Positions 8,377-17,116 of a DNA stretch of 27,152 nucleotides are shown in pieces; the first letter of the stretch is position 1; each line of letters begins with the position of its first letter. The translations under genes and the position numbers were made by a program. The stretch spans positions 1-27,152 of IMG/VR virus record IMGVR_UViG_3300017763_000144. One strand, given 5' to 3'. The notes under the pieces were generated by a model, which had not been told where the DNA came from, did no database searches, and saw only the letters and a list, made by a program, of their open reading frames with translations. Source of the stretch: a virus. Its lineage: Duplodnaviria > Caudoviricetes.

Positions 8377-9136
8377 TAGGAAGTTCACCATTGTTCAAAA
8401 CAACACCACATGCAATGATTGACCTTTTTGTGAAGTTCTTTGCATAGGCAAGTGCATATTGATTGGAATCAGTCACACCACAACCAACCTGCATTGCAAA
8501 ATGTCTTGATGTCTTTGTGCAGTGCCATGAAACAGAACATTCTGTGTGAATATGACCTTGCACAACTGATTTTCCCCAATTCACAACCCTATTGTGACAA
8601 CCTCTTGCACCTGATGAACCTGTTCCATGTGTGTATATGACACCATCTTGTTCATAGGAATCAACAAATTTCCATGTTGGAACTTCAAGAACTTCTGAAA
8701 GACCTTTCAACCATTTCTGTGAAATACCCATTTGAACTGCTTTTCTTGAAATTATTGCATCATGATTTCCAATTGTCACAATGCATTCTTTGTTTCCAAG
8801 TTTTAGGAATGCATCATGCCATGGTTTCAATTGGTCAATTGCTCTGTCAAGTTCTTCACCTGCAGCATATCCATCAGGATGTGTTTCATGAAAACTTGAA
8901 TAATGCGAATCGATGCAGTCACCAATCAGAATGACTTGATTGCAATTGTTCTTTTCATAGACATCAAGACAGTGTTGAAGATAGGATTCACCATCATCAC
9001 ACTGACCTTTGATGAAAGGTGCATGTAAATCACCCACAATCAACACATTTCTTTGTTCTTTTCTTGAATCCATCACAAGTTGGTGTTCATGTGGTTTCAA
9101 TCGCATTCTGATTGTGTTTCTGTTTTCTTCTGACAT
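8354..9136 (-). CDS. Calcineurin-like metallophosphoesterase
   Basis: GDLH, GDCID, GNHD, THG and GHIH motifs. Confidence 0.9.
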   Translation of the reverse strand: MSEENRNTIRMRLKPHEHQLVMDSRKEQRNVLIVGDLHAPFIKGQCDDGESYLQHCLDVYEKNNCNQVILIGDCIDSHYSSFHETHPDGYAAGEELDRAIDQLKPWHDAFLKLGNKECIVTIGNHDAIISRKAVQMGISQKWLKGLSEVLEVPTWKFVDSYEQDGVIYTHGTGSSGARGCHNRVVNWGKSVVQGHIHTECSVSWHCTKTSRHFAMQVGCGVTDSNQYALAYAKNFTKRSIIACGVVLNNGELPITYPMHL

Positions 9137-9516
9137 TACTTCTTTATTTTTTGAATTGTTCTCCCAACAAAATATGCACCATATATTGACATCAACAAAA
9201 TTTCATAAACAGGAATGAAATCAGGATTGATTTGAAATTGTCCAAGATTGCCATCAAACACAGAAATGATGACAAATGCCACAGTCATGAAAATCAGTGT
9301 TGCAGGTCTGATGTTCTTTGACAACTTATTGTCTGACTGCATGTCTGATTTCCATCTGTCTGTGACCTGAATCTGTGCATTCTTTTCTGCATCATTCAAG
9401 ATTCTTTGCAATTCGTTTTTGACAATTTGCAGTTCTTCTTTGTTGGTGATTGTAGTGTCCAGGATTCCTTCTGCACTTTTAAACAATCCACTGAATAGGT
9501 TTGTTAGTATGTCCAT
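9136..9516 (-). CDS. Holin (3TM/GTA-holin-like family)
   Basis: VTDRWKSDMQSDNKLSKNIRP followed by hydrophobic helices, ending YFVGRT; adjacent to the endolysin. Confidence 0.75.
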   Translation of the reverse strand: MDILTNLFSGLFKSAEGILDTTITNKEELQIVKNELQRILNDAEKNAQIQVTDRWKSDMQSDNKLSKNIRPATLIFMTVAFVIISVFDGNLGQFQINPDFIPVYEILLMSIYGAYFVGRTIQKIKK

Positions 9517-9893
9517 AAAACTTCACTTGGTTTGTTATTGGTTGAAATGTCGCAATGTATGAATGAATCACTGACACCAATTCTTGTGATTCCAACTGAC
9601 AAAAGTGATTGAATGATTTTGAACCTTTTGTGTGAATCAGTGCAAATGATGTCACATGCCTTTCCTTCAAGATGTGCAGAATTTGGACTTGCTTTGTAAC
9701 CTTTTGCAATCAATTCTTGGTTGTGTTTTTTAGTTCTGAAACCACTTGAAATGTTCCAAGGAAAATCACAAAGTGACCTTGCAGAATCAATCAATTCAAT
9801 GAACCTTTTGTCCATGTTTTTCTGTGCTGATCCATCTTCTGATGGACAATCAAATTCAGAATATTTGAAAAACTTGAATGGTGAATCTGACAT
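9504..9893 (-). CDS. Endolysin, peptidase M15A-type Zn peptidase
   Basis: EFDCP, ISSGFR, SAHLEGKACDI and FIHCD zinc-ligand motifs. Confidence 0.9.
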   Translation of the reverse strand: MSDSPFKFFKYSEFDCPSEDGSAQKNMDKRFIELIDSARSLCDFPWNISSGFRTKKHNQELIAKGYKASPNSAHLEGKACDIICTDSHKRFKIIQSLLSVGITRIGVSDSFIHCDISTNNKPSEVLWTY

Positions 9894-9986
9894 CTTTTTC
9901 TTTTTATTTGATTTTAGTTGTTTTATTCAAAATCATTTCTGACACACTTTTCCTTTGTTTTAAGGCATTTTGTGTGTTGTGGCATA

Positions 9987-10118
9987 TCAGTACATCAAAA
10001 ACATGAGAAATGGCAACACAACAATTTCACCTGATAAGAAACCAAGACAAAGTTGATGATTAAAAAAAATCAATTTATCCTTGCACATATCAAAAAAAAT
10101 GTTGATGAATGAAATCAT
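9987..10118 (-). CDS. Possible small hydrophobic peptide (43 aa, not in ORF track)
   Basis: MISFINIFF...LGFLSGEIVVLPFLMFLMY; ATGA overlap with the upstream stop; may be spurious. Confidence 0.3.
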   Translation of the reverse strand: MISFINIFFDMCKDKLIFFNHQLCLGFLSGEIVVLPFLMFLMY

Positions 10119-10285
10119 TTCTTGTTTTTGAAGTGATACATTTTTTGGATTGTGTATGCAATTGATAAGAGCAAAACAATCACTTTCAAAATGTTTTCAA
10201 TGTCTGCAAATGTCACAGTCATCAATGTCATGGAATTGAATCCAAGCACTTCAACAACATCTTTCATCACTTCTTTTTTGTCCAT
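10115..10285 (-). CDS. Small membrane protein, holin/antiholin-like (56 aa, not in ORF track)
   Basis: MDKKEVMKDVVEVLGFNSMTLMTVTFADIENILKVIVLLLSIAYTIQKMYHFKNKK; TM helix and basic tail; upstream of the endolysin. Confidence 0.65.
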   Translation of the reverse strand: MDKKEVMKDVVEVLGFNSMTLMTVTFADIENILKVIVLLLSIAYTIQKMYHFKNKK

Positions 10286-10374
10286 GTCTTTGATTCTTTT
10301 TTCTTCAAAAATGTCTTCAATGCAGATTCATTTTTGTTTTTTATTTTATATTTTGAAAGTGTTTTCTTTTCCAT
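10267..10374 (-). CDS. Small basic peptide (35 aa, not in ORF track)
   Basis: MEKKTLSKYKIKNKNESALKTFLKKKESKTWTKKK; ATG abuts the upstream TAG. Confidence 0.5.
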   Translation of the reverse strand: MEKKTLSKYKIKNKNESALKTFLKKKESKTWTKKK

Positions 10375-10956
10375 CTACTTCAAATTTGATGGAAGAAAAT
10401 CATCCAAGGTGATGTTGTTGATTCTTCTTTTTGGTTGCAGTTCCAAATTCATTCCGTTGAAGTAGTTGTGTCTTGATGGACTGACATCTTCATTTGTGTT
10501 CTGTGAATATTGTGGAAACAGGTTGTTGTTGTGGCACAAATAGTCAATCAATCTTTCTGTGTACCATTGTGCAGTGTTTTGGATTTCATCACGCAAGAAT
10601 TTCAAATCATCCAATGATGCAGGTTGTCCTGTTTCACTTGATTTTCGCATGATGTCCTTGTTCTTAAATTTGAAACCAAGAAAAATGATTGATTCGTACA
10701 ATGTCCACTGAACAAGTGCAGGTTGAATGTAAGTGTTCACAAGCTTTTCAAAGTTTTCATTTCCTGCATCATCAAGTGTTCCTGCAGAAATAAGACTTTG
10801 AAGATGGTCATCCAATTTTGAACCAAGTGCAGTCAAGATGTATTTGTCCTGTGCAATCTTGATGTTTGGAATCAACAATTCTGTGTCAACATTTTGGTTG
10901 ATTGTGGTTGATTCTTTCAACCTGTTTTCTGATATGTAAAGGACTTGTGTTGCCAT
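10375..10956 (-). CDS. Putative head-tail adaptor/head completion protein
   Basis: Helical 193-aa protein directly after the portal; ends YLCHNNNLFPQY; function from synteny. Confidence 0.55.
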   Translation of the reverse strand: MATQVLYISENRLKESTTINQNVDTELLIPNIKIAQDKYILTALGSKLDDHLQSLISAGTLDDAGNENFEKLVNTYIQPALVQWTLYESIIFLGFKFKNKDIMRKSSETGQPASLDDLKFLRDEIQNTAQWYTERLIDYLCHNNNLFPQYSQNTNEDVSPSRHNYFNGMNLELQPKRRINNITLDDFLPSNLK

Positions 10957-10958
10957 AG

Positions 10959-13007
10959 TTATTTTTTACCTTGGTTTGGCATGTCAATCGGTCTTGTCTG
11001 TGCAACCTTGTCTTCAAGGACAACACCTGCAGATTTCAATGCTTTGTTTGTACTATTTTTATAATATTTGATAAGTGTTTTTGGCAAAAGTTCACCTGCA
11101 GGAACATTGATTTTGTTTCCATTTTCATCAATCACATTGAATCCAAGATTTGCATCTTTTGGAACTCTCCTACGCATGAAAACAACCCTTGACCAACTAT
11201 GGTGACAATAAACACCACCTTTCCACAAAAATATGTCATAAGTGTCTGAACCACCTGCACCAAATCCTTTGTTCAATGGCTTTGATGATAGTGTGTCAAT
11301 GTCTTCTTTTCTGTAGACATACCCTTTTGACTTGGAATTGTCAACCATCTTTTTGCAAAACTTCCTGGAATTTGATTTCAATCCACCTTTGTATCTGTAC
11401 AAAACACGAAACATGAAAGAATCACCAAATGGTGTTGGTTTTCTTTTGTCACCTTTTGGAATGAATGGAATGGATGCAAGTTCAACATTTGACATGTTTT
11501 CATCTTCACCTTCTGCATCAAAAACTTCTGATTCATGGATTTCTTCCCATTCATCAACATTCACAACTTGTGCAACTTCATCAAGTCTTTCAAGAAGTTC
11601 ATCTGCAATGTCATCATTCATGTCATATTGTTGACAGGAACAATCATCACAAGATCCATCTTTTTTTTTGCAATCTTCATCCAATTTCACAAGTGAATCA
11701 TCCCATTTTTCAAGTGACAATTCTGTGTTTTCTTGTTCAACTGTTTCATCTTCTTTTGGCAATGGTTCAAATCCAAGTTCTGCACGAATTTCATCCACTG
11801 TCAACACCTCTTTCAAGACATCTGTTCCAAATCTTGAATTGATTGGTTTAACTTGTTCCACAGACAGATTCACATTCAAATGGTTGGTTGACATCACTGT
11901 GTCTACAAAACGCATCAGAACCATCTGAAAAGGTTCAACAACTGTGTTCATGTACAATTCAAATGATTCTTGCAATTCATTCCTTCCACCAAGTTGACCT
12001 TCAGTTTTTACACCAAGAAGTTGTGGTGATGTCACCCTGTGTGAAATGAAAAGGTTCTGAATTGTCAATTCATTCAACACAACAAATTGTTTGTCTGCAT
12101 CACTTTGTTGAATTGGTGTGATGTCAGGTTTTTTGGATGCATCATCTGAAAATGTCAAGACCATTGAACCTGCATTCTGAACACCTGTGAATTTTTGCTT
12201 GATAGAATTTTCAATCTGAAATCTTTCTTCCTGTGTTGGAATTCCATTGTTGAAATTCACCCACATTGAAGGTGCAAATCCATTTGCAATGTTGTTCATG
12301 TGAAATTCTGCAGTCAATTTGTCTGTCACAATCCAAGGAACTGCAGCCCTGTAGTCAGGTGCAGAATAAATTTCTTGTCCTGCAGTATAGATTCCACCAT
12401 AAAACAACTGTGAAGATTCTGTTCTGTCATTATTGTTGAATGCTGCAACAGGTCTTGGTTCAAATTCTGCTTTTCTATATTGTGACCAATCTGCAGAAAT
12501 CCACCATGTGTCAACCTTTCCATGTTCATTCACTTTTCCTGCTCGACAATGTTCAACAGGTACATGATACAATTCAGCAATTCTTGTTTTGTCCTTTGAC
12601 CAAATCACATTGACTGCAAATGAACCTTGCAATTTGATGTCATGTGAAAGCTTTGACCAAACATCATGAAGTGATTCATCATTCCTGTTCACCTTATTCA
12701 TGAAACTCCTTGCTTTTGACAAGGTTTCTGCAGTTTGAATTTCAGTGTTTTCAATAACGAATCCACGACCTGCAATCATTTGTGCAGTTGCATTCACAAT
12801 TGCAGAATGTGTTGAACTATTGTTGTAGATTTCAATCAAAAATTGTGGATATTGATTTTTCAAATCACTTGTTCCATATTCAATCCAATCACCTTGACTT
12901 GTTTCAGACACTTTTGGTGATGTCATTTCACTGAATTGGACATTCATCAAAGGAATGTTGTTCTTTGTTGTTTTATCTGAAACAACTTTTGTCTTTTTCT
13001 TTGCCAT
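10959..13007 (-). CDS. Portal protein with C-terminal extension
   Basis: YNNSSTHSAIV, NNIANGFAPS, FTGVQNAG, HRVTSPQLLG and LTVDEIRAELGFEPL portal hallmarks. Confidence 0.85.
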   Translation of the reverse strand: MAKKKTKVVSDKTTKNNIPLMNVQFSEMTSPKVSETSQGDWIEYGTSDLKNQYPQFLIEIYNNSSTHSAIVNATAQMIAGRGFVIENTEIQTAETLSKARSFMNKVNRNDESLHDVWSKLSHDIKLQGSFAVNVIWSKDKTRIAELYHVPVEHCRAGKVNEHGKVDTWWISADWSQYRKAEFEPRPVAAFNNNDRTESSQLFYGGIYTAGQEIYSAPDYRAAVPWIVTDKLTAEFHMNNIANGFAPSMWVNFNNGIPTQEERFQIENSIKQKFTGVQNAGSMVLTFSDDASKKPDITPIQQSDADKQFVVLNELTIQNLFISHRVTSPQLLGVKTEGQLGGRNELQESFELYMNTVVEPFQMVLMRFVDTVMSTNHLNVNLSVEQVKPINSRFGTDVLKEVLTVDEIRAELGFEPLPKEDETVEQENTELSLEKWDDSLVKLDEDCKKKDGSCDDCSCQQYDMNDDIADELLERLDEVAQVVNVDEWEEIHESEVFDAEGEDENMSNVELASIPFIPKGDKRKPTPFGDSFMFRVLYRYKGGLKSNSRKFCKKMVDNSKSKGYVYRKEDIDTLSSKPLNKGFGAGGSDTYDIFLWKGGVYCHHSWSRVVFMRRRVPKDANLGFNVIDENGNKINVPAGELLPKTLIKYYKNSTNKALKSAGVVLEDKVAQTRPIDMPNQGKK

Positions 13008-13008
13008 C

Positions 13009-13458
13009 TTATGAATTTATATGGATAAAATTGTCCACAGTGTTTGTGTGTTCTGTTGTTGTTAGTTCATCAGTGTCAAGAACAGTCAATTTGCCTTGTT
13101 CCAATAATGCAACAACACTTGAATCATTGACATCAAGATTTGTTGAACTGTTTTGTTGATATATTTTGTAAGAATAGAAACCTGCAGGTGATATTTTCAC
13201 AGTTCCTGTGATTGTTTCAGTTGAATCACCACCTTCAATGATTTCAATTGAATCTGTTCTTTCACCAAACACCACCAATGGTGTGTTGTTATAGAAAATA
13301 GTCTTTGCAACTGTGTGTTGTTGGTCACTTTCAAAGACACACAAAAGGTTCTTATATGCATTTGACTTCAATTTTTCACTGATAGTCAAAACAATTGTAC
13401 TTCTTTTTGGTGTTTCAACACCTTGTGAATCAACACTTCTTCTTGTGATGAAAATCAT
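13009..13458 (-). CDS. Hypothetical virion protein
   Basis: Beta-rich, GFYSYKIYQQ..STNLD...LEQGK; lies within the structural operon. Confidence 0.6.
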   Translation of the reverse strand: MIFITRRSVDSQGVETPKRSTIVLTISEKLKSNAYKNLLCVFESDQQHTVAKTIFYNNTPLVVFGERTDSIEIIEGGDSTETITGTVKISPAGFYSYKIYQQNSSTNLDVNDSSVVALLEQGKLTVLDTDELTTTEHTNTVDNFIHINS

Positions 13459-13631
13459 TTCTTGGATTTCTTTTTTGTTGTTGGTTTTTCTTCAACAAAT
13501 TCTTCAAAATACTTTCCAAAACCCATTTCACCAAGTGTTTTCATGTCATCTTGTGTCAATTCAGGTGTGTTTTTATATACACCATCAATGAAAAAAGTCA
13601 ATCCAACAAATTCCTTTTTAGTCTGCAACAT
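13455..13631 (-). CDS. Small hypothetical protein (58 aa, not in ORF track)
   Basis: MLQTKKEFVG...EEKPTTKKKSKK; follows promoter copy 2; ATGA-coupled to the next gene. Confidence 0.65.
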   Translation of the reverse strand: MLQTKKEFVGLTFFIDGVYKNTPELTQDDMKTLGEMGFGKYFEEFVEEKPTTKKKSKK

Positions 13632-13645
13632 GTCTTTGTTTTCTT

Positions 13646-13672
13646 TTAAATATAAAAACCGATCTTTTGTTC
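13646..13672 (-). promoter_or_regulatory. Putative late promoter copy 2 (GAACA-N13-TATATTTAA)
   Basis: Just downstream of a terminator, 14 nt before the ATG; would restart transcription for the portal/lysis block. Confidence 0.7.
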
Positions 13673-13691
13673 ATTTTTGTCAAGTTTAACC

Positions 13692-13720
13692 AAAAAAAAA
13701 GATGCATTTCTGCACCTTTT
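13692..13720 (-). terminator. Intrinsic terminator after the major tail gene
   Basis: AAAAGGTGCA-GAAA-TGCATC followed by T9. Confidence 0.75.
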
Positions 13721-13740
13721 CTTGAAATATATTGATAAAA

Positions 13741-14280
13741 CTATGCAGTGATAGTGATGTTTGCAGGTGTTGTCAATCCTTGGAATGGACTGTTGTCCTG
13801 TGTCAAATATCTTGCAGGAATTCTTTCAAATGCAGTGAATGTCATGTCATATCCATTGGCATCACCTTTGGCAACTCCTGTTGCAATAGTTCCTGCAGTT
13901 AATTCTGCAAGGTTTTCTTCACCTAACAAGAACAGATTGTCATTTGAATCAAAGACGAAAATGTACAACCTTGATTGTGCAAGAAGTTTGATTTGTTTTC
14001 TGTCTGCTGCAGATAGTTTGTGAAGTTTGATGTTGACTGATTGTTCAAAAAACACAGTTCCATTTTCAGAACTTGATTGAATTGTTTCAGTCATTGAACC
14101 TGTGTTGACAGGTAGGTCATATTGAAAAACAGTTGTTGCTGCAATGTCAGTGATGATTTCTGTTGATGCATCAATTGACAATGCACCAAGTTCTTGTGCA
14201 AAAAAGATTTTCTTGATTCCACCAACTGCATCTTTACAATCCAATGCCCTTCCTGATGATAATGCTGTGCAAATTGCCAT
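13741..14280 (-). CDS. Putative major tail tube protein
   Basis: GRALDCKDAVGGIK, ENGTVFFEQ, TGVAKGDANGY..TF; size, and position between two terminators. Confidence 0.65.
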   Translation of the reverse strand: MAICTALSSGRALDCKDAVGGIKKIFFAQELGALSIDASTEIITDIAATTVFQYDLPVNTGSMTETIQSSSENGTVFFEQSVNIKLHKLSAADRKQIKLLAQSRLYIFVFDSNDNLFLLGEENLAELTAGTIATGVAKGDANGYDMTFTAFERIPARYLTQDNSPFQGLTTPANITITA

Positions 14281-14303
14281 GTGTTTGGTTTTATTTTGTT
14301 AAT

Positions 14304-14335
14304 ATATAAAGGAACAGGACACAATGCCCTGTTCC
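14304..14335 (-). terminator. Hairpin / probably leaky terminator after the major capsid gene
   Basis: GGAACAGGGCA-TTG-TGTCCTGTTCC followed by TTTAT (short U tract). Confidence 0.7.
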
Positions 14336-14345
14336 ATTTTTTGAA

Positions 14346-15257
14346 TTATGCTGATGTTCCGTAATAAACTACTTGTGAACCATCTGCAACTTGACCACCT
14401 GCACTGAATTTTGCCACAAATCTAACATTTGAAGAACCATCAATTTGATTCATTGGTAAAATTGTCAATTGTGTCATATCAGAAAATAAGTCAGTACCAA
14501 AGAAAACATTTGATTCTCTTGCAGCAACCATTCTGTTGTCTGCTAACCCAGGTGCATGTACTAAATTGATACCTTCAAAGTTTAAAGGTGCTGCACCAAC
14601 ATGATATTGGTTTAAATATCCAAGATTTGCCATTTTTTCAATGTACAAACGCATGATTTTAGTTGAAATGTAGATGTTTAAATCTGCACTTCCATAAACT
14701 GCATCAGGAATTGCATTTTTCACTTTGTTCAATTCAGTCAATACATTTGTAATTGTCACAGTAGTTGGAACAATGTCAATCACATCACCATTTTGTGCAA
14801 GAACTCCTGTTGTGTCTGTTGCAAGACCTTGGAATCCACCACCTGATGCAGCACCATTCCAAAAGTTTGTTTCAACATGGTCTGCGATTGTTTCGCCTAA
14901 ATAACCAATCACAAACTGTTCAAAGTCTTGTGGAATTGTTTGGTTGTTTCTTCCTGCTCTCATTTTTGCAGCTAACCAATCTTGTGACATTGTATCAGAA
15001 CAAAGGTCAATGTTGATTTTCAATGCAGTAGGTGAAAGAACTGATTCAGTCAGTGTCAATGTTCCTGCATTTGTGAAATCACAATCTGCTGCAGTCACAA
15101 GACCTGCACCTGCAACCTTGTTCAATACTCTTTTGAATTTTATGTTTTCTAATACAGTAACACTGTCAAGTGATGCTGCAGATAATAATGCAGTACCTAT
15201 GTACTGACCTGCAGATTCACCTGCATATGTTGACCCTGTTATTACTAAACCTGCCAT
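14346..15257 (-). CDS. Major capsid protein
   Basis: 303 aa; follows protease and scaffold; followed by a strong hairpin; distinct codon usage. Confidence 0.75.
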   Translation of the reverse strand: MAGLVITGSTYAGESAGQYIGTALLSAASLDSVTVLENIKFKRVLNKVAGAGLVTAADCDFTNAGTLTLTESVLSPTALKINIDLCSDTMSQDWLAAKMRAGRNNQTIPQDFEQFVIGYLGETIADHVETNFWNGAASGGGFQGLATDTTGVLAQNGDVIDIVPTTVTITNVLTELNKVKNAIPDAVYGSADLNIYISTKIMRLYIEKMANLGYLNQYHVGAAPLNFEGINLVHAPGLADNRMVAARESNVFFGTDLFSDMTQLTILPMNQIDGSSNVRFVAKFSAGGQVADGSQVVYYGTSA

Positions 15258-15282
15258 AATAATTTTTTTTTAGTTAGTTAAT

Positions 15283-15963
15283 TTATTTATTAATATTTGA
15301 TAAATTCCAAGAAACCCTTTCTTTGGTTGTCATGTTTGACCATTCCATTTTGGAAGGTTTGTTGTTGTTCATTTTTACATTTGATTCCTTTGCAAACTTT
15401 GATGTTTTGATTGGTTCTGCAGATGGTTCTGCACTCAATTCAACAACTTGTTTTGCAAGTTCTTCTTTTTCTTTTTCTACTGAATCAACTTGTTCTTCCA
15501 AACCAAGCTTTTCAGACTGCATTGAATCAAATTCAGAACGCAAGTTTTCAAGGTCTTTCTTCACTTCTTCAAGAAGTTCTTTCATAACCATTCCAACTGC
15601 ATCAAGAATTTCAGAATTTTCTGACATTGCAACTTCTTCTGAATCTTCTTCTGCATCAACTTCTTCTTCTGTTGCATCTTCTTCAGTCACTTCATCAATT
15701 TCTTCTGATGGATTGAATTCAAGAACAACACCTTCAGAATCAACACTGAATTCACCACCATCTTCCAAGATATAGTTTCCTTCAGCCAATGGAAAAACTG
15801 AACCATCTTCTGCAACAACATTGATGACAATACCTGTTGCCATTTCTTCTGCATCTGATGAAATGATTGTTCCATCTTCAAGTCTTGCCTGTAGCATCAA
15901 AGTCACTTCTTCAGTGTTTTCTTCAATTCCAAGCATCATTTTCAATCGGTCTTTTAAATCCAT
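15283..15963 (-). CDS. Putative capsid scaffolding protein
   Basis: Highly acidic, coiled-coil, ELSAEPSAEPI; between protease and capsid genes. Confidence 0.65.
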   Translation of the reverse strand: MDLKDRLKMMLGIEENTEEVTLMLQARLEDGTIISSDAEEMATGIVINVVAEDGSVFPLAEGNYILEDGGEFSVDSEGVVLEFNPSEEIDEVTEEDATEEEVDAEEDSEEVAMSENSEILDAVGMVMKELLEEVKKDLENLRSEFDSMQSEKLGLEEQVDSVEKEKEELAKQVVELSAEPSAEPIKTSKFAKESNVKMNNNKPSKMEWSNMTTKERVSWNLSNINK

Positions 15964-15979
15964 GATTTTGCTTTTTCTT

Positions 15980-16005
15980 TTAAATATAAATTAAATTATT
16001 TTGTT
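15980..16005 (-). promoter_or_regulatory. Putative late promoter copy 3 (AACA-N13-TATATTTAA)
   Basis: 16 nt before the scaffold ATG. Confidence 0.7.
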
Positions 16006-17078
16006 TTGTTTTCTTCTTGTTTGATGATTTTTTCTGACCACCTCAACATGACATCACCACCCCAAAGTGCAAATGATATTGTTCCACAATCATCCCAATT
16101 TCCAGAATCATAAGTCTTTGCCCTTTTTAAATAGGAATAGACCCTTTTCACAGTTTTGAATGAAATCGGTTTTCTTGCAACCAATTGTGATGCACGAATT
16201 TTTCCAACTTGTGTTGCACATTTGTTTCCTCTTTCTTCATTTTCCATCATTCCTTTTTCTGCATTTGCAGATGCACCTTTTGGATAATTTGTGTATGATG
16301 CAAATTCATGTTTTTCCATCAAGATGTCTTTCATTTCTTCTTCTTCAATCAATTCAACCAACGCATCAAGAACTTCATGGTCTGTGCATGGCATGAAGAC
16401 TTCAGATCCATCATCAAGAATGTGTGAATGGAATCCATCACAACCTATTGTCTTTGCATATTCAATTGCAGATTCTTTGGTGTCAAATATTGGAAAACCA
16501 TCCATTTCACCAATCTGTTCCATCTTTTCACTTGACATCTTTTGCATCTTGTCAACAAAGAAACCTTCAATTGATAGACCTTTCAAAACACCATCTTTGA
16601 TGCCTTGAATCACTTCATCATTTTCAATCTTCATTGCAACCATCCATGTGCCTTCAGGAACATCAAAACCATACTTTGTTGACTTGTCATTTTCCTTGTC
16701 TTCAACAATCCAAGATTCCACTGTGAAAACACCTGAAACCTTTGATTCATGTTGAATGGTCGCATTGTGATTGTTCTGATATTTCAAGTATGAATGTGCA
16801 GATTTTCTGACAGTTTCTTTTGAAAAATACACATAGTATTCTTGACCATCTTGACCAACTCTGAAAATCTGTTTGTTTGGAATCAATGCAGGTGAAACCA
16901 ACATCTGTTGTTCTTCATCTAATTTTGCAAGACAAACATTTGATTTTTTTTGTTTATTGAAATAAAGAAAATCAACCATGATTGCAGGTTCAGTCACAAG
17001 ACTGATTGCATCAATTGACACATCTTCATTTTCTTCATCAATTACTAATTCAACAATTTTGAATGGTTTTTTGTCCAT
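15996..17078 (-). CDS. Prohead protease (XkdF-like serine protease domain) with two extra C-terminal domains
   Basis: ALIPNKQIFR, YVYFSKETV, VESWIV, GTWMVAMK, LKGLSIEG. Confidence 0.75.
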   Translation of the reverse strand: MDKKPFKIVELVIDEENEDVSIDAISLVTEPAIMVDFLYFNKQKKSNVCLAKLDEEQQMLVSPALIPNKQIFRVGQDGQEYYVYFSKETVRKSAHSYLKYQNNHNATIQHESKVSGVFTVESWIVEDKENDKSTKYGFDVPEGTWMVAMKIENDEVIQGIKDGVLKGLSIEGFFVDKMQKMSSEKMEQIGEMDGFPIFDTKESAIEYAKTIGCDGFHSHILDDGSEVFMPCTDHEVLDALVELIEEEEMKDILMEKHEFASYTNYPKGASANAEKGMMENEERGNKCATQVGKIRASQLVARKPISFKTVKRVYSYLKRAKTYDSGNWDDCGTISFALWGGDVMLRWSEKIIKQEENKTK

Positions 17079-17090
17079 GATTATTTTCTT

Positions 17091-17116
17091 TTAAATATAT
17101 TTTTGATTAGAATGTT
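17091..17116 (-). promoter_or_regulatory. Putative late promoter copy 4 (AACA-N13-TATATTTAA)
   Basis: 12 nt before the protease ATG. Confidence 0.7.
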
